Source: a virus (lineage: Duplodnaviria; Caudoviricetes). Taken from it: a DNA stretch of 42,873 nucleotides. The stretch spans positions 1 to 42,873 of IMG/VR virus record IMGVR_UViG_3300022309_000011; one strand, given 5' to 3'. The notes under the pieces are model-generated. The model saw nothing but the letters and a program-made list of their open reading frames with translations, was not told the DNA's origin and made no database searches. Every line of letters starts with the position of its first letter. Positions within the stretch are counted from its first letter, which is position 1. Made by a program: the position numbers and the translations under genes. Below, piece after piece: positions 25,489 to 36,253 of this stretch.

Positions 25489-26396
25489 TGGCAAAAGTAA
25501 CCGAGAATCTAACGAAAACGCAAATGCAATCAGAATTGGATGCAGGCATCACCACGGTTTCAGGGAATCAAGAAGTTACTTTTCATAAATACACCCGTGC
25601 AGTGCTTCCGATTGACGGGTATGTGTTTTGGGTTAAAGACCTGTTGGCCGCACCTTTGATTGTCAGGGGGTCATTGCATTACGCAACAGATCAACTTCAG
25701 CGAACAGACGAAACAATCGGCATAAACAAGGTAGTCTTTACAACGCAAGAAGAAATCCAACAGTTCAATTCCATCGCGTCAAACGTGACGTATATTGGCG
25801 GTATTGATTTAATCCGCTTTGCTTTCACTTCGCAGGGCAATAAATATCAGAATGCAGGAACGTACCATTACCGGGGTGATGCAATTTACCCGGCGATGTA
25901 TTCGCAGATCATCGACAATCCAGGAAATCCGGTTGACCTTGGGGCGGCTATAGCAACGAACAGCCTTCCTATTTGGCTATCTCTGAATGCAAAAATGCCA
26001 ATCTATCCGGCGAATCTTGTTCCCTCGAATATATTACCCCCGTATGCTGCAATCGAAATTACAGATACAAAGGCCATTCAGTCAGCCCCATATATTGAAA
26101 GCAATTCGTCACACAATCAATTAATAACTGAAAAAGTAAAAGTGATTATGTACGGGCTGAGAAATAACGAAGCACTTGATTATCAAGACTATGTTTTCAA
26201 GTATTCGTTAGATTATGGCGAAATAGGCATCCAGAATATGCCGATCATTCAGGATGAAAAAAGGGGCCAGTCTGAGCTTGGTATTGTCGCGCAGAAAAAA
26301 AGCATTGAATTTGAGATTAATTATTATCAGAATCGCGCCCTTGCAATTGCCCGGCAATTGATATTAACTGCAAACGCGCAATTCTATGTTGTTTGA
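25488..26396 (+). CDS. Head closure/tail completion protein
   Basis: LPIDGYVFW, SLPIWL; synteny. Confidence 0.65.
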   Translation: MAKVTENLTKTQMQSELDAGITTVSGNQEVTFHKYTRAVLPIDGYVFWVKDLLAAPLIVRGSLHYATDQLQRTDETIGINKVVFTTQEEIQQFNSIASNVTYIGGIDLIRFAFTSQGNKYQNAGTYHYRGDAIYPAMYSQIIDNPGNPVDLGAAIATNSLPIWLSLNAKMPIYPANLVPSNILPPYAAIEITDTKAIQSAPYIESNSSHNQLITEKVKVIMYGLRNNEALDYQDYVFKYSLDYGEIGIQNMPIIQDEKRGQSELGIVAQKKSIEFEINYYQNRALAIARQLILTANAQFYVV

Positions 26397-26484
26397 TAGA
26401 TTTTTTAATTCATTGGTGGTAGTATCAACACGCTTATGAAAATACACGAATAAAATTCTGTAACCATTAAAAGGAACTCGCATC

Positions 26485-26913
26485 ATGAAAAAAATCACAC
26501 ATCTTTTTACGCTGCTGGTTGTTTTCGCAGGGCTTGCAATTGTTGGCATCGCGGTTGCCGGTCAATCCCCATTGGCGTCTTATGTTGCAAATAACGTGCT
26601 TGGATTTTCTGCACCGATGAACCTGGATAACACCGGCCAGCTTCTTGGATCTCAAGGGAATCTGGCAACGAATAACATTTCCGGCGCTTCTTCTGTTGTA
26701 AAAGCTGGAACAACTCGGCTTGTTTCAATCAATGTTATTTCTGCAAGTGGTGTTGGCTCTGTTTATGACGCGGCAACCGTTGCAACAGGCGCAGCGGCAA
26801 ATAAAGTATTCACCATTCCCGCAACTGTCGGCCATTATGATGTTGACTGGCCTATGTCAAGCGGAATTGTTCTTGATCCATCTTCAAGCGTTGTTGCAGT
26901 AAAATATAATTAA
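26485..26913 (+). CDS. Hypothetical beta-rich protein with N-terminal signal/TM segment
   Basis: MKKITHLFTLLVVFAGLAIVGIAVA; AAGGA RBS. Confidence 0.7.
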   Translation: MKKITHLFTLLVVFAGLAIVGIAVAGQSPLASYVANNVLGFSAPMNLDNTGQLLGSQGNLATNNISGASSVVKAGTTRLVSINVISASGVGSVYDAATVATGAAANKVFTIPATVGHYDVDWPMSSGIVLDPSSSVVAVKYN

Positions 26914-26920
26914 GTCTTAA

Positions 26921-26944
26921 CGCTCATGCCGTGAGGCAGAAGCA
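26921..26944 (+). promoter_or_regulatory. Late-leader GNGA hairpin motif, copy 2
   Basis: CGCTCATGCC-GTGA-GGCAGAAGCA, preceded by TATAAT (26905-26910). Confidence 0.55.
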
Positions 26945-26992
26945 AGCCGCCAGCGCATAGGCTCTGACGGTTCCCATGACGGAGGCCGCAAA

Positions 26993-28972
26993 ATGTCTGC
27001 AAACGATATTGTAAATATCCAAGTTTCCCAAACGCTTGCGGGCGCACCCAGCGCCCTTCAGCAAACCGGTATTATTGTTTCACAGGGAGCAACATCGCTC
27101 ACCGCTGGAACAAAACAACTCATTGCATCACAAGCAGACTTGACCGCGATCCTCGCATCGCCAAGTGATGTCGTAACAGAGCTGCAAGCAAAATACACAA
27201 CCTTTTCAGCAAACAATCAGGCGAACATTGCAGTTTATGTGCTTGAGCTTGGCACGGCTGGAACACGCGCAAGCGGAACTGTTTCATTTACAGGAAATGC
27301 AAGCCCCGGCGTACAGGCAAGCAATACAATCACCATTGCGGCGGGCAACGTTTCCCCGGCTGATACAGTTACGATTCAAGGAACGCTGATTACGTTCGTT
27401 TCTGGTACGCCAGTAGGTAACCAGGTATTGATCGGCGCAAACAACAATGTCACATCGGCGAACCTGCAAGCATTCTTGCAGACTTCCGCAGATGTGAACT
27501 TGGCCTTGATGACATACAGCACGACATTGAACGTTACAACGATCACATCGCGAGTTTATGGCGTTGCCGGTAATGCGTACACGCTTGCAAAAGTAGGCGC
27601 AAATATCACAGTTGGCGGGGCCACATTCTCTGGCGGTGTTGCGGCTGACACCTTGACCATTCAGGGTACGGCGATTACTTTTGTTGCAGCGAATCCATCT
27701 GGAAATCAAGTTCTGGTCGGAGCATTGCCGGAAAATACCGCCACAAATTTACTGGCTTTGCTTACTGCGTCAATTGATGCCAACTTGTATCTGTTGACAT
27801 ATTCACGCAATGGTACTGTGATTACGGCCACGTCAAAACTTGCTGGCACAGCCGGAAACTCATATACGCTGGCGAAGTCAAGCGCAGGAATAACGCTTTC
27901 TGGTTCAACGTTGGCCGGTGGTGGAACAAACACTATTGCCGGTGGCGTTGCTGATTTGAATACATTCCTGACGAATAACCCAGGCGTTTATTATGCTGCT
28001 CTTTGTCCTGACAATTGGGCAACAGATGCATCATTTGCAACATTCCTGAATAATTACACAAGCACAACTTCTCGATTCTATGCGTTTTTCCATGTCACCG
28101 GTGACGCAAGCTTTACCGGAACTATCGCGGGTACAACGTTGACAGTTTCTGCAATTGCGTATGGCCATTTGGCGATAGGAAGCCCAATTACAGGGCTTGG
28201 AGTAACTGCAAATACTGTGATTACTGGATTGATATCCGGTACGGGTGGCACGGGTACTTATACCGTAAACAATACCCAAACTGTCGGATCGGAACCGATG
28301 TCATGTGTGAATAATTATTCTCAATTCCTTGGAATGAAGTCCGCTGTTATGCGGATAAAAGCCCCATTGGATGCGATTACAACGGCCCCGGCTGCTGATA
28401 TGTTTGCTTTGGTACTTGGATCAAGCCCAAGCGAAACAAACAAGCTGGCCCCGTTTGCTTTCCGTTACATCTACGGCTCTGTCGCATATCCAATCACGCC
28501 ACTGGATGCAACGAACCTGAAAGCGGCTTATATCAACTATACAGACACAGGCGCAGAAGGTGGTTTGCCAAATGTCAAGACCTTGAAATGGGGAACAACA
28601 GGGGACGGGCGCGATTTTAGCTACTGGTATGCTGTGGATTGGGTACAGACAAATCTGCATCTTGATCTTGCGAACGAGATTATAAACGGCAGCAACACGG
28701 CTATTAATCCGCTGTATTACAACCAGCTTGGAATTAATCGTTTGCAGAATCGCGCACAGCAAACCGCGAATCGCGCAGTCAGTTACGGGATGCTTTTAAG
28801 CACGGCCACAACGCCAATTGTCAATGCGATTGATTTTGTGACCTACACGGCAAACAATCCATCGTATTATTCAATTGGTAGATATGACGGCCTTTCGTTG
28901 AGCGCAGTACCGGCGAGAGGATTCAAGGCTATCAATTTTGCGCTCAACGTTACTGATTTCGTGACAGGTTAA
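26993..28972 (+). CDS. Tail sheath protein with inserted domains
   Basis: IVNIQVS start; WYAVDWVQ...[15 protein letters not shown]-terminus; followed by the tube gene. Confidence 0.85.
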   Translation: MSANDIVNIQVSQTLAGAPSALQQTGIIVSQGATSLTAGTKQLIASQADLTAILASPSDVVTELQAKYTTFSANNQANIAVYVLELGTAGTRASGTVSFTGNASPGVQASNTITIAAGNVSPADTVTIQGTLITFVSGTPVGNQVLIGANNNVTSANLQAFLQTSADVNLALMTYSTTLNVTTITSRVYGVAGNAYTLAKVGANITVGGATFSGGVAADTLTIQGTAITFVAANPSGNQVLVGALPENTATNLLALLTASIDANLYLLTYSRNGTVITATSKLAGTAGNSYTLAKSSAGITLSGSTLAGGGTNTIAGGVADLNTFLTNNPGVYYAALCPDNWATDASFATFLNNYTSTTSRFYAFFHVTGDASFTGTIAGTTLTVSAIAYGHLAIGSPITGLGVTANTVITGLISGTGGTGTYTVNNTQTVGSEPMSCVNNYSQFLGMKSAVMRIKAPLDAITTAPAADMFALVLGSSPSETNKLAPFAFRYIYGSVAYPITPLDATNLKAAYINYTDTGAEGGLPNVKTLKWGTTGDGRDFSYWYAVDWVQTNLHLDLANEIINGSNTAINPLYYNQLGINRLQNRAQQTANRAVSYGMLLSTATTPIVNAIDFVTYTANNPSYYSIGRYDGLSLSAVPARGFKAINFALNVTDFVTG

Positions 28973-28982
28973 GGGGGAACAA

Positions 28983-29420
28983 ATGGCAACTCCGGTCAAT
29001 CAAGGAACAATTAATAGACTTCGGGCAACGATCAGCTTTACCGATCATCCTGATTTGAACATTACCCCGGCATTCATGGGTAAGGATATGATTACGTTGA
29101 CCCCGCAGGGTGACATTACTCATGTCATTCCAACGGCAACGGGGCTGGTCACTTCGCCCGAGCCGTATCAGATCATGGAATTTTCTGCCCATGTATTACG
29201 CACGAATGCCCTTGGTGATCGTTTTAAAAAGCGTTGGGAAAAACTTTCTACCCTTGGCGATGTTGTGATTCGCTCGGATAGCTCGGCATATTCTGATTAT
29301 GCATTGACGAACGTTTCAATTAAAAGTGTCGATGCAATTAAACAAAATGGCGAGGATGCTGGGGTTGTGATCCACTTCTCAGGCGCTTATCAAGTCAACG
29401 GCGATTTGTATAACCTATGA
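28983..29420 (+). CDS. Tail tube protein
   Basis: 145 aa after the sheath; QGTINRLRA, TGLVTSPEPY. Confidence 0.8.
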   Translation: MATPVNQGTINRLRATISFTDHPDLNITPAFMGKDMITLTPQGDITHVIPTATGLVTSPEPYQIMEFSAHVLRTNALGDRFKKRWEKLSTLGDVVIRSDSSAYSDYALTNVSIKSVDAIKQNGEDAGVVIHFSGAYQVNGDLYNL

Positions 29421-29986
29421 AAATAAATAAAGTATTAAATCTGGTTGTTCCAGTCGAAGGCGATGAGGGGGAAACGATCTTTCATTCTGCGCCTTTGCTT
29501 TTTGAGACATTCAAAAAATATCATTTTGTGATTTGCTCAACTTTCACGAAGTTGCTCACCGCAGGAATGGAAGTAACCGGCCCAAAAATCGCTGCAATGA
29601 CACTGGAAGAGGTCGCCAGGGACATGAGCAAATGGGAAGGCCCGGAGGGTGTTGAAAATGGCCTAATGAATGAAATATCCCGTTTGACGAACGTTCTTGC
29701 GCTTGGCGAAAATGGTTGGGAAACTTTCCCCGTTGAAACTGCGATAAAACGCGAATTGATAGATGTATCAGATTGGGAAGAGGCAAAACAAAGAATCGTT
29801 TTTTTTATGTTAATTTGTGCAATGACAAAGCGGGATGTTCGGGACGATCTTTTGACTATCGCAAATGGATCATGGGGAACGCAAATTACATCCTTGACCT
29901 CTACGGAATACGCAAATTCATTGCCGACATCGACAGAGATAGAGATTTCACCAAAGACGGGGAAAGTGTCACGGGTTGTATCCTAG
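29417..29986 (+). CDS. Tail assembly chaperone
   Basis: Between tube and tape measure; contains a T8 slippery run at 29799-29806. Confidence 0.7.
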   Translation: MKINKVLNLVVPVEGDEGETIFHSAPLLFETFKKYHFVICSTFTKLLTAGMEVTGPKIAAMTLEEVARDMSKWEGPEGVENGLMNEISRLTNVLALGENGWETFPVETAIKRELIDVSDWEEAKQRIVFFMLICAMTKRDVRDDLLTIANGSWGTQITSLTSTEYANSLPTSTEIEISPKTGKVSRVVS

Positions 29987-30105
29987 ATTTTATTGCAAAT
30001 GAAGGATTTCAAGAATATTTTGAAGAGTTCAATATTCCATTCACATCTTCTGCGCATGAGTACAAGCAAAGGTATTTACTGGGGATATTAAAAGGGATTT
30101 TTTGA
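29800..30105 (+). CDS. Putative -1 frameshift extension of the tail chaperone (G-T type)
   Basis: T TTT TTT heptamer in the correct phase; the -1 frame stays open until 2 nt before the tape measure start. Confidence 0.55.
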   Translation, partial: FFYVNLCNDKAGCSGRSFDYRKWIMGNANYILDLYGIRKFIADIDRDRDFTKDGESVTGCILDFIANEGFQEYFEEFNIPFTSSAHEYKQRYLLGILKGIF

Positions 30106-30106
30106 C

Positions 30107-31435
30107 ATGGCAAAAAGCATTGTAGAAATTGAAATACAAGACGGCCAGTGGAAAAAATTCAGTGAACAGGTAAAGCAGTACCGCGAAGAACTGAAGGAAA
30201 TGCCGGGGCAATGGGGAGCTATCGGCAAATCCTTAGCCAAAACGCAAAGTATTGGCGCAAAATTTGTAGCATCCATCAAAGAAGGATCAAATCAAATCAA
30301 GTCCGCCAATTCAATGGCCGGTAAAATGACGCTTGCGCTCAAGGCATCTGACAGGGTAATGACTTCGCTTGGCCGGGGTACGCTCGCTGTTGCAAGAAAT
30401 CTCAAGGATGCAACGAAGTCACTTTTAAGCTGGGGTTCTGTCATGGGGCTAATATCTGGCGTATTGGGTGCTGGGGGGCTGTTTGGCATCGCTAGATTAG
30501 CCGGTGCGGTATCGTCTGGGCAATCTAACGCCATGCGAACGGGAAGCACCTACGGGGGCGCAAAAGCCGCAGGAATATCATACGGACAAGCTTTAGGCGG
30601 AGAGGGAGGAGTTCAATCGCTGCTTGAAACTTTCGCCAAAGAAAAAGAAAGCGGCGGGGTTGCATTCAGGCGGCTCGGCATGGGTGAAGAACAATGGCAA
30701 GGGAAAGCACCTTCAGACATCCTTGGCCCGTTCCTGAAAGCCGTTCAAACAGCGTACCAGACAGCGCCAAAGGGGGCTGAATCCAAGGTAATGGAAACGC
30801 TTGCCCCCGAGCTTGATTTCAACACGATCAAACAATTAAGCCATACAAATATTGACGAATTACAAAAAAGCTACGAATCAAACAAAAGGATGCTTGAATT
30901 GTCAAAAGGCACACAAGATGCTTATGCGAATTTTTCTCGCACATTAGACGCAGCGAAAGAAAAAATCGAAAATGTATTCGTCAAGGCGTTAACGCCGTTA
31001 TTGCCTGGATTGACCAAACTTTCTGAAGCTTTTGCGAAAGCTGCCGCGACAATTATGCAAAGCCCATTAATAAAAAATTTGATTTCTGGCGGCGGGAAAG
31101 CTTTAGAGCGTGGCGCAAATTATTTGACAAGCGAAGAGTTCTCAAATGATTTCAGGAACTTCTTGGAAGAAATGCAGAAAATCGGGAAAGCTATGAGCGA
31201 TACGGCTGACTTTTTAAGCAGATGGCTTGGAGACGGGTCAAAAGGTGCTGAAAAAGTAAAAACTCTCGAATCTACTCCACAGATTAAAAAAGCATATGAC
31301 GAAGCATTTTCGTATACGCCAAGAAGCCCGGCACAATCAATGCCAAAACATGCAGGGTCAAATATAAAAGTTGATGTAACTGTTCATGCTGTACCCGGAT
31401 CAAGTCCGGCAACAAGTGCATGGGCCGCGCAATAG
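30107..31435 (+). CDS. Tape measure protein
   Basis: 442 aa, helical and Ala/Gly/Lys-rich; after the chaperones. Confidence 0.75.
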   Translation: MAKSIVEIEIQDGQWKKFSEQVKQYREELKEMPGQWGAIGKSLAKTQSIGAKFVASIKEGSNQIKSANSMAGKMTLALKASDRVMTSLGRGTLAVARNLKDATKSLLSWGSVMGLISGVLGAGGLFGIARLAGAVSSGQSNAMRTGSTYGGAKAAGISYGQALGGEGGVQSLLETFAKEKESGGVAFRRLGMGEEQWQGKAPSDILGPFLKAVQTAYQTAPKGAESKVMETLAPELDFNTIKQLSHTNIDELQKSYESNKRMLELSKGTQDAYANFSRTLDAAKEKIENVFVKALTPLLPGLTKLSEAFAKAAATIMQSPLIKNLISGGGKALERGANYLTSEEFSNDFRNFLEEMQKIGKAMSDTADFLSRWLGDGSKGAEKVKTLESTPQIKKAYDEAFSYTPRSPAQSMPKHAGSNIKVDVTVHAVPGSSPATSAWAAQ

Positions 31436-31442
31436 GTGATTT

Positions 31443-32072
31443 ATGAACCTTGGAAACTCAATATATAAGCTTGCTTTTGAAAAGTCGCCTATCTTTTTGA
31501 CAGATGGGATTGCGTCTTTTGTTCCTGGAAAAATACTTCCGCTTATTGCAATAACTGAGGCGCTTAATTTTCAGTCTGGAATTTTAAACGGGAAAATAAA
31601 TTTAAATCTTGATGATTTTTTTGCAACGTTTTACCCGTTACCTGGTGCGACTTTACACAATAATCAAATCGGAAGTTACCCATTTGCAAATCAAAAGACC
31701 GCCGCAAATGCGATCATCGCACAACCGCTTAATATTTCCATGAGGATGAATTGCACCCCAAGATTGAAGGGTGCTATGGTAACCAGGACATTGACAGCTA
31801 TCGCACTGAAAACGGCTTTAGACAATCATAATTTTAACGGCGGATCATATACCGTAGTTACTCCGTCATTCGTGTATTCTGGCTGTATCATGACAGGATT
31901 CAAGGATATTACGTCAGGCGAAAGCAAACATCAGCAAACAGATTGGCAAATCGACTTCATTCAGCCTTTAATCAATCTGGCAGAAGCAGAAACAAAAATG
32001 AATGCACTGTTACAGAAAATGACAAATGGCGCGAAATCAGGCACAACATGGGACGGAGTGGCAACACCATGA
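31443..32072 (+). CDS. Baseplate/tail-tube initiator protein
   Basis: SPIFLT.GIA, YPFANQ..AANA, WQIDFIQPL; synteny. Confidence 0.7.
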   Translation: MNLGNSIYKLAFEKSPIFLTDGIASFVPGKILPLIAITEALNFQSGILNGKINLNLDDFFATFYPLPGATLHNNQIGSYPFANQKTAANAIIAQPLNISMRMNCTPRLKGAMVTRTLTAIALKTALDNHNFNGGSYTVVTPSFVYSGCIMTGFKDITSGESKHQQTDWQIDFIQPLINLAEAETKMNALLQKMTNGAKSGTTWDGVATP

Positions 32073-32470
32073 CAGATTTTATTGATTTTGAACCGACAGA
32101 AGATAACCCGTTTCAGTTTCAAGCTGTCTTTGATGGCGTTCAGTATAATGTCGTTGTTACATATAACCTATTCGGACAACGGTATTATGTAAACATATAT
32201 TCGACCCAAGGCGCACTGATTGTTTCGCGGCCAATGGTCGGAAGCCCTTCGCAATACGATATATCATTGACGAATGGATACTTCACAAGTACGCTGGTAT
32301 ATAGAACAAAGAATAATCAATTTGAAATTTCGGCAACGCCAAGAACGACAAATGATTTGAATGTAAGAGCAATACAAAATGGCCCAGGAAATTTGGTTAT
32401 ATCGGTTAATGCAAGTTACGTTCAATCAAAATTACTTGTTGCATCCGGTTCATATTTAAGAATACATTAA
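32069..32470 (+). CDS. Baseplate protein
   Basis: PFQFQAVFDG..Y...YNLFGQRYY; ATGA coupling. Confidence 0.75.
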   Translation: MTDFIDFEPTEDNPFQFQAVFDGVQYNVVVTYNLFGQRYYVNIYSTQGALIVSRPMVGSPSQYDISLTNGYFTSTLVYRTKNNQFEISATPRTTNDLNVRAIQNGPGNLVISVNASYVQSKLLVASGSYLRIH

Positions 32471-32482
32471 GGAATCATCATT

Positions 32483-34372
32483 ATGGCAGATTTATTTCCC
32501 AATCAACTACCAACAGCCGGAGCGTTAACGACTGCCGATACCATCGTTGTTCAACAAGCTGGAACCCCGACAACCGTAGAGAAATCAACTATCGGAAATA
32601 TGCTTGATACGGCATATTCAACAACGCCAAAGACAGTCCCGATAGACGCGGATAAAATAACATTTTGGAATAGCGTAACTGGCGTTCTTACAAATTTCAC
32701 ATTTGATAATTTAACGACTTATATAAAAGCGATATTTTCGCCAAGTAGCGGCGCTTCTCTTATTGGTTTTATCCAATCTGGAATCGGGGCAGTAGCAAGG
32801 ACATTGCAGGATAAGAATAGGGATGTTGTTAGCGTAAAGGATTTCGGTGCAGTTGGTGATGGTACAACAGATGATACGGAAGCTATCCAAACAGCAATAG
32901 ACTACTGCAATTCTGCCGGTATAGGAACTTTATATGCCCCGCCAGGAAACTTTCTTGGAAACTGGACTATTAAATCAAATGTATTGATTCGTGGATCGGG
33001 GGAAAACGCGACAAAATTTACAGCCGCGATAAATGCGCCAGTTTTTGCAACTCCATTAAATATATCCACGACATTTATTGGGTTTGAACATTGTCAAATC
33101 ATTGGTCAAGGCGGGGTCGCTAACGATGGTATCGCGCTTGGGACAACTACTGCCGGAACATTTGTTGATACGATAAGTATTAATAATGTTCGAATAACTG
33201 GATGTGGCAGATATGGTATATATGCTTTTGGCACGTCTACATCTGGCCCATTTGTACAAAAACTCCACATCGACAAGTGTACATCACTATTAAATAGTGG
33301 GAGAGGTCTATATCTGCACGGTACAGTTATTGAAACTGGCGTATCAAATTCATTTTTTGTGAAAAATGGACCTAATACTGGTGCCACGCCAAACGCATCT
33401 ATTGATCTTAACACTGGGGCAGCTGGGCGTGTTGCATTTACAAACTGCGCATTCAACCACTTTAATGCCCTATCTGTAGGGAATCAAGGTATTGCATTGG
33501 AGATTTCTGCCGCCGAACAGGTAACACTTAATACTTGTTCTTTTGAGAGTGCCGACCCTTATATATCTATTACGAATAATCTTACTAGCAACACTGCATT
33601 TTACAATAATAAGTTTGCATCAAACTATGCAATCACAACTGCTGCGATTTCTATTACAGAGTGCAATGGGGTGATTATAGATGGGTGTGAATTTGTAGGA
33701 GGAACATCAACAGGAACTATCGCTGTAACATTAGCTGGCACCACATGGAGCCGAGCAAGGAATATCGAAATGCGGAATAACACATATGGTATTAATTTTA
33801 CAGTCCCTATTTCTTACCCGATAACTCCATTGCGCGTAGTTTATGGAGGGCTGCCTTGTACCAACAAATATCAAGTCCAAGATACACATGATGCAACAGC
33901 CGTAACTGACGATGTTGATAGCATTTTTGGTCCAAATAAGCAGCAATCGGTTTTGGGTGCTATCAATAATGGCGTTGGCCTTATTCGATTAACAGTTACC
34001 GGACACGGGTACCTTACTGGCGACATTTGTCGCGTGGAAGATATTGGTGGTGTAGCCGAGGCAACTGGACAATGGGCATTAACTGTAATAGATTCAAATA
34101 CAATTGATTTACAGGGATCTGTTTTTTCAACTGGACCTTATTCTTCTGCCGGCAGGATACTTGATGTCTCTACAACTGGGCTGGATGATGGACGAGAGAT
34201 TGTGTTAAAGACGTTCAACTCTGGGAGAGACTTGGTAGTAAAACATGGTACGGGCAATGTACTTTTAAATGGTGCGACCGATGCCACACTTACTTCTAAC
34301 ACAAGCACAATAACCTTAAAGTGGGTTGTCGGACTTTCTAAGTGGGTTGAGTCAGGAAGATGTCTTGTGTAA
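32483..34372 (+). CDS. Tail spike, right-handed beta-helix (pectate lyase 3-like depolymerase)
   Basis: GASLIGFIQSGIGAVARTLQDK, VSVKDFGAVGDGTTDDT, Asn/Cys-ladder beta-helix repeats. Confidence 0.85.
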   Translation: MADLFPNQLPTAGALTTADTIVVQQAGTPTTVEKSTIGNMLDTAYSTTPKTVPIDADKITFWNSVTGVLTNFTFDNLTTYIKAIFSPSSGASLIGFIQSGIGAVARTLQDKNRDVVSVKDFGAVGDGTTDDTEAIQTAIDYCNSAGIGTLYAPPGNFLGNWTIKSNVLIRGSGENATKFTAAINAPVFATPLNISTTFIGFEHCQIIGQGGVANDGIALGTTTAGTFVDTISINNVRITGCGRYGIYAFGTSTSGPFVQKLHIDKCTSLLNSGRGLYLHGTVIETGVSNSFFVKNGPNTGATPNASIDLNTGAAGRVAFTNCAFNHFNALSVGNQGIALEISAAEQVTLNTCSFESADPYISITNNLTSNTAFYNNKFASNYAITTAAISITECNGVIIDGCEFVGGTSTGTIAVTLAGTTWSRARNIEMRNNTYGINFTVPISYPITPLRVVYGGLPCTNKYQVQDTHDATAVTDDVDSIFGPNKQQSVLGAINNGVGLIRLTVTGHGYLTGDICRVEDIGGVAEATGQWALTVIDSNTIDLQGSVFSTGPYSSAGRILDVSTTGLDDGREIVLKTFNSGRDLVVKHGTGNVLLNGATDATLTSNTSTITLKWVVGLSKWVESGRCLV

Positions 34373-34473
34373 TACGGCAAGTGAACCATCAAAAGGTGCA
34401 GTAAAAGTAAATGCGATAGTAGACGAGGAAGAGAGATTAAATTGTGAAACTTAAGCTTATTATAGACATTTTT

Positions 34474-34614
34474 ACAGATAAAACCACAATAGGCAAATCA
34501 CCCCGCTAACTCGGAACTAAACCAATGACAGTCACATTATCCTTCATGGAAATCATTTCAGTAGTTGCAATGTTACTTGCTGATGCTTTCACAAATAAAA
34601 CCACAATAGGTAAA
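34474..34614 (+). repeat. Imperfect direct repeat / gene relic
   Basis: ACA(G/A)ATAAAACCACAATAGG(C/T)AAAT at 34474 and 34591. Confidence 0.75.
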
Positions 34615-34643
34615 TTATATATTGATGGTAAAAACAGCATAAA

Positions 34644-35648
34644 ATGAGATTCTACAATATCACCATAACCGATAATTCTGGCGCTATCCTTGAAATCGAT
34701 GGCGCTAAAATGCAATTTACAAGTTTTGAAAAAACGATTCACGGCGGATATTCAAAGCCTGGCGCATTGAATATTGAAATGGACATTCCTATCGTAACCG
34801 AAGACATTCCGGCAGGGAATGCCTTAATAAAAATTTGGGGAATTGATTTGGGCCTTGTCAATAAGGCTTCAAATTTAAACTTCCAGAATATTGCAATAAT
34901 GGCCGGGATGAAACCCGGATTGCCTCTTGCTACACAACAGGCGAATTATTCCCCAATTCGGAATGGAATTGTTTTTCAAGGCACTATTTTGCAGGCTATT
35001 GGTAACTGGCAGGGGAATGAGCAAACTTTGGATTTAATCGTTACCACACGATTAACAGCAAGCCAGACTTCAACCGCAAAACCAAAGCCAATTGCAATAG
35101 ACTGCAAGGCAGGCACAAGCCTACAGGATGCGATTAAAATAGCTTTGGGCAATGCTGGTATAAAGTCAGATATAAACCTTGATACGAGGCTTGTACCGGC
35201 GGCCCCTGGTTTGTTTTCCGTGTATCCTGATTTCGGGATATTCGCGCAAGATATGAATTTGCACAGCAAGCGGATTTTGAACGATACTGACTATCTCGGC
35301 ATCAAGTTTATTAAAACGCCTGACGGGTATAACTGCACGGATAACACGAAAAAAACAGAGCCGATAAAAATAGATTTCAATGATTTAATCGGCCAGCCTG
35401 TTTGGTTGGATTACAATACAGTTCAATTAAAATGCGTGATGAGATCAGATATAAGGGTCGGAAGTACGGTAAAAATGCCAGAATCAAATATTATTCAAGG
35501 AAAGTTTTTTGCGCCAAAAAATGGAATCGCATATACCGGGGACGGATTTGTGAATTCAGTTCGTCATCTAGGAAATTTTAGGCAGGCTGACGCGAATAGT
35601 TGGGTGACAGTGATTAATGTTTTGCCGAATAGGAAGTCTACGACATGA
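34644..35648 (+). CDS. Baseplate hub protein
   Basis: MRFYNITI, GNWQG, DLIGQP.W, RHLGNFRQAD..SWVT. Confidence 0.8.
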   Translation: MRFYNITITDNSGAILEIDGAKMQFTSFEKTIHGGYSKPGALNIEMDIPIVTEDIPAGNALIKIWGIDLGLVNKASNLNFQNIAIMAGMKPGLPLATQQANYSPIRNGIVFQGTILQAIGNWQGNEQTLDLIVTTRLTASQTSTAKPKPIAIDCKAGTSLQDAIKIALGNAGIKSDINLDTRLVPAAPGLFSVYPDFGIFAQDMNLHSKRILNDTDYLGIKFIKTPDGYNCTDNTKKTEPIKIDFNDLIGQPVWLDYNTVQLKCVMRSDIRVGSTVKMPESNIIQGKFFAPKNGIAYTGDGFVNSVRHLGNFRQADANSWVTVINVLPNRKSTT

Positions 35649-36253
35649 GCAGCACAGCACAAAAATTGCCATTCCAGGTTGCGCTAGGTAATATTGCAAA
35701 GAAGGGCGCGAATGATGCCATAAACTTGCTTGGCATTTCTCTGCCTGCGTCTGTTGTATCCGTAAGCGGATCGTTTGTAAAAGTGAAATTTGAGATTTTA
35801 AGCGATTACAATTTGCCTGAAATAGACGTTCCGGTGATCGGTTCTGAATATATCAGGATTCCGTTACAATCTGGGGATAAGGGCGTTTTGATTCCATGTG
35901 ATGCAAATATTGCAGGAATCACCGGACAAGACGGAAGAACCTCAGATATGACGGCTCCTGCAAATTTATCGGCATTGATGTTTTTCCCAATTGGAAACAA
36001 GAACTGGAAATCCGTCAATCCTGACATGCTTACCTTGACAGGCCGGAGCGATGTTATTGTCAGAGATGATTCACATCAAGTACAGCTTGAGGATGTAAAC
36101 GCATCCTGGCAATCACTAATTCAACAGATCAATAATTTATTGCTGATTATCGGCCCAGCAATTAACGCGGCGGCACTTACAACAGCAGGAATACCTCCCG
36201 TTACATTAACAGCCATCCCGACAACAACCAATCCAGTGAAAACGAGGGAATAA
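35645..36253 (+). CDS. Baseplate central spike (gpV/gp138-like N-terminus)
   Basis: LPASVVSV.G..VKV OB-fold, YIRIP...GDKG. Confidence 0.75.
   Translation: MSSTAQKLPFQVALGNIAKKGANDAINLLGISLPASVVSVSGSFVKVKFEILSDYNLPEIDVPVIGSEYIRIPLQSGDKGVLIPCDANIAGITGQDGRTSDMTAPANLSALMFFPIGNKNWKSVNPDMLTLTGRSDVIVRDDSHQVQLEDVNASWQSLIQQINNLLLIIGPAINAAALTTAGIPPVTLTAIPTTTNPVKTRE

Noticed and set aside
29958-29967. Lambda-type GGGAAAG slippery site in the tail chaperone
   Set aside because: It is read GGG AAA G in the coding frame, the wrong phase for tandem -1 slippage; the T8 run fits better
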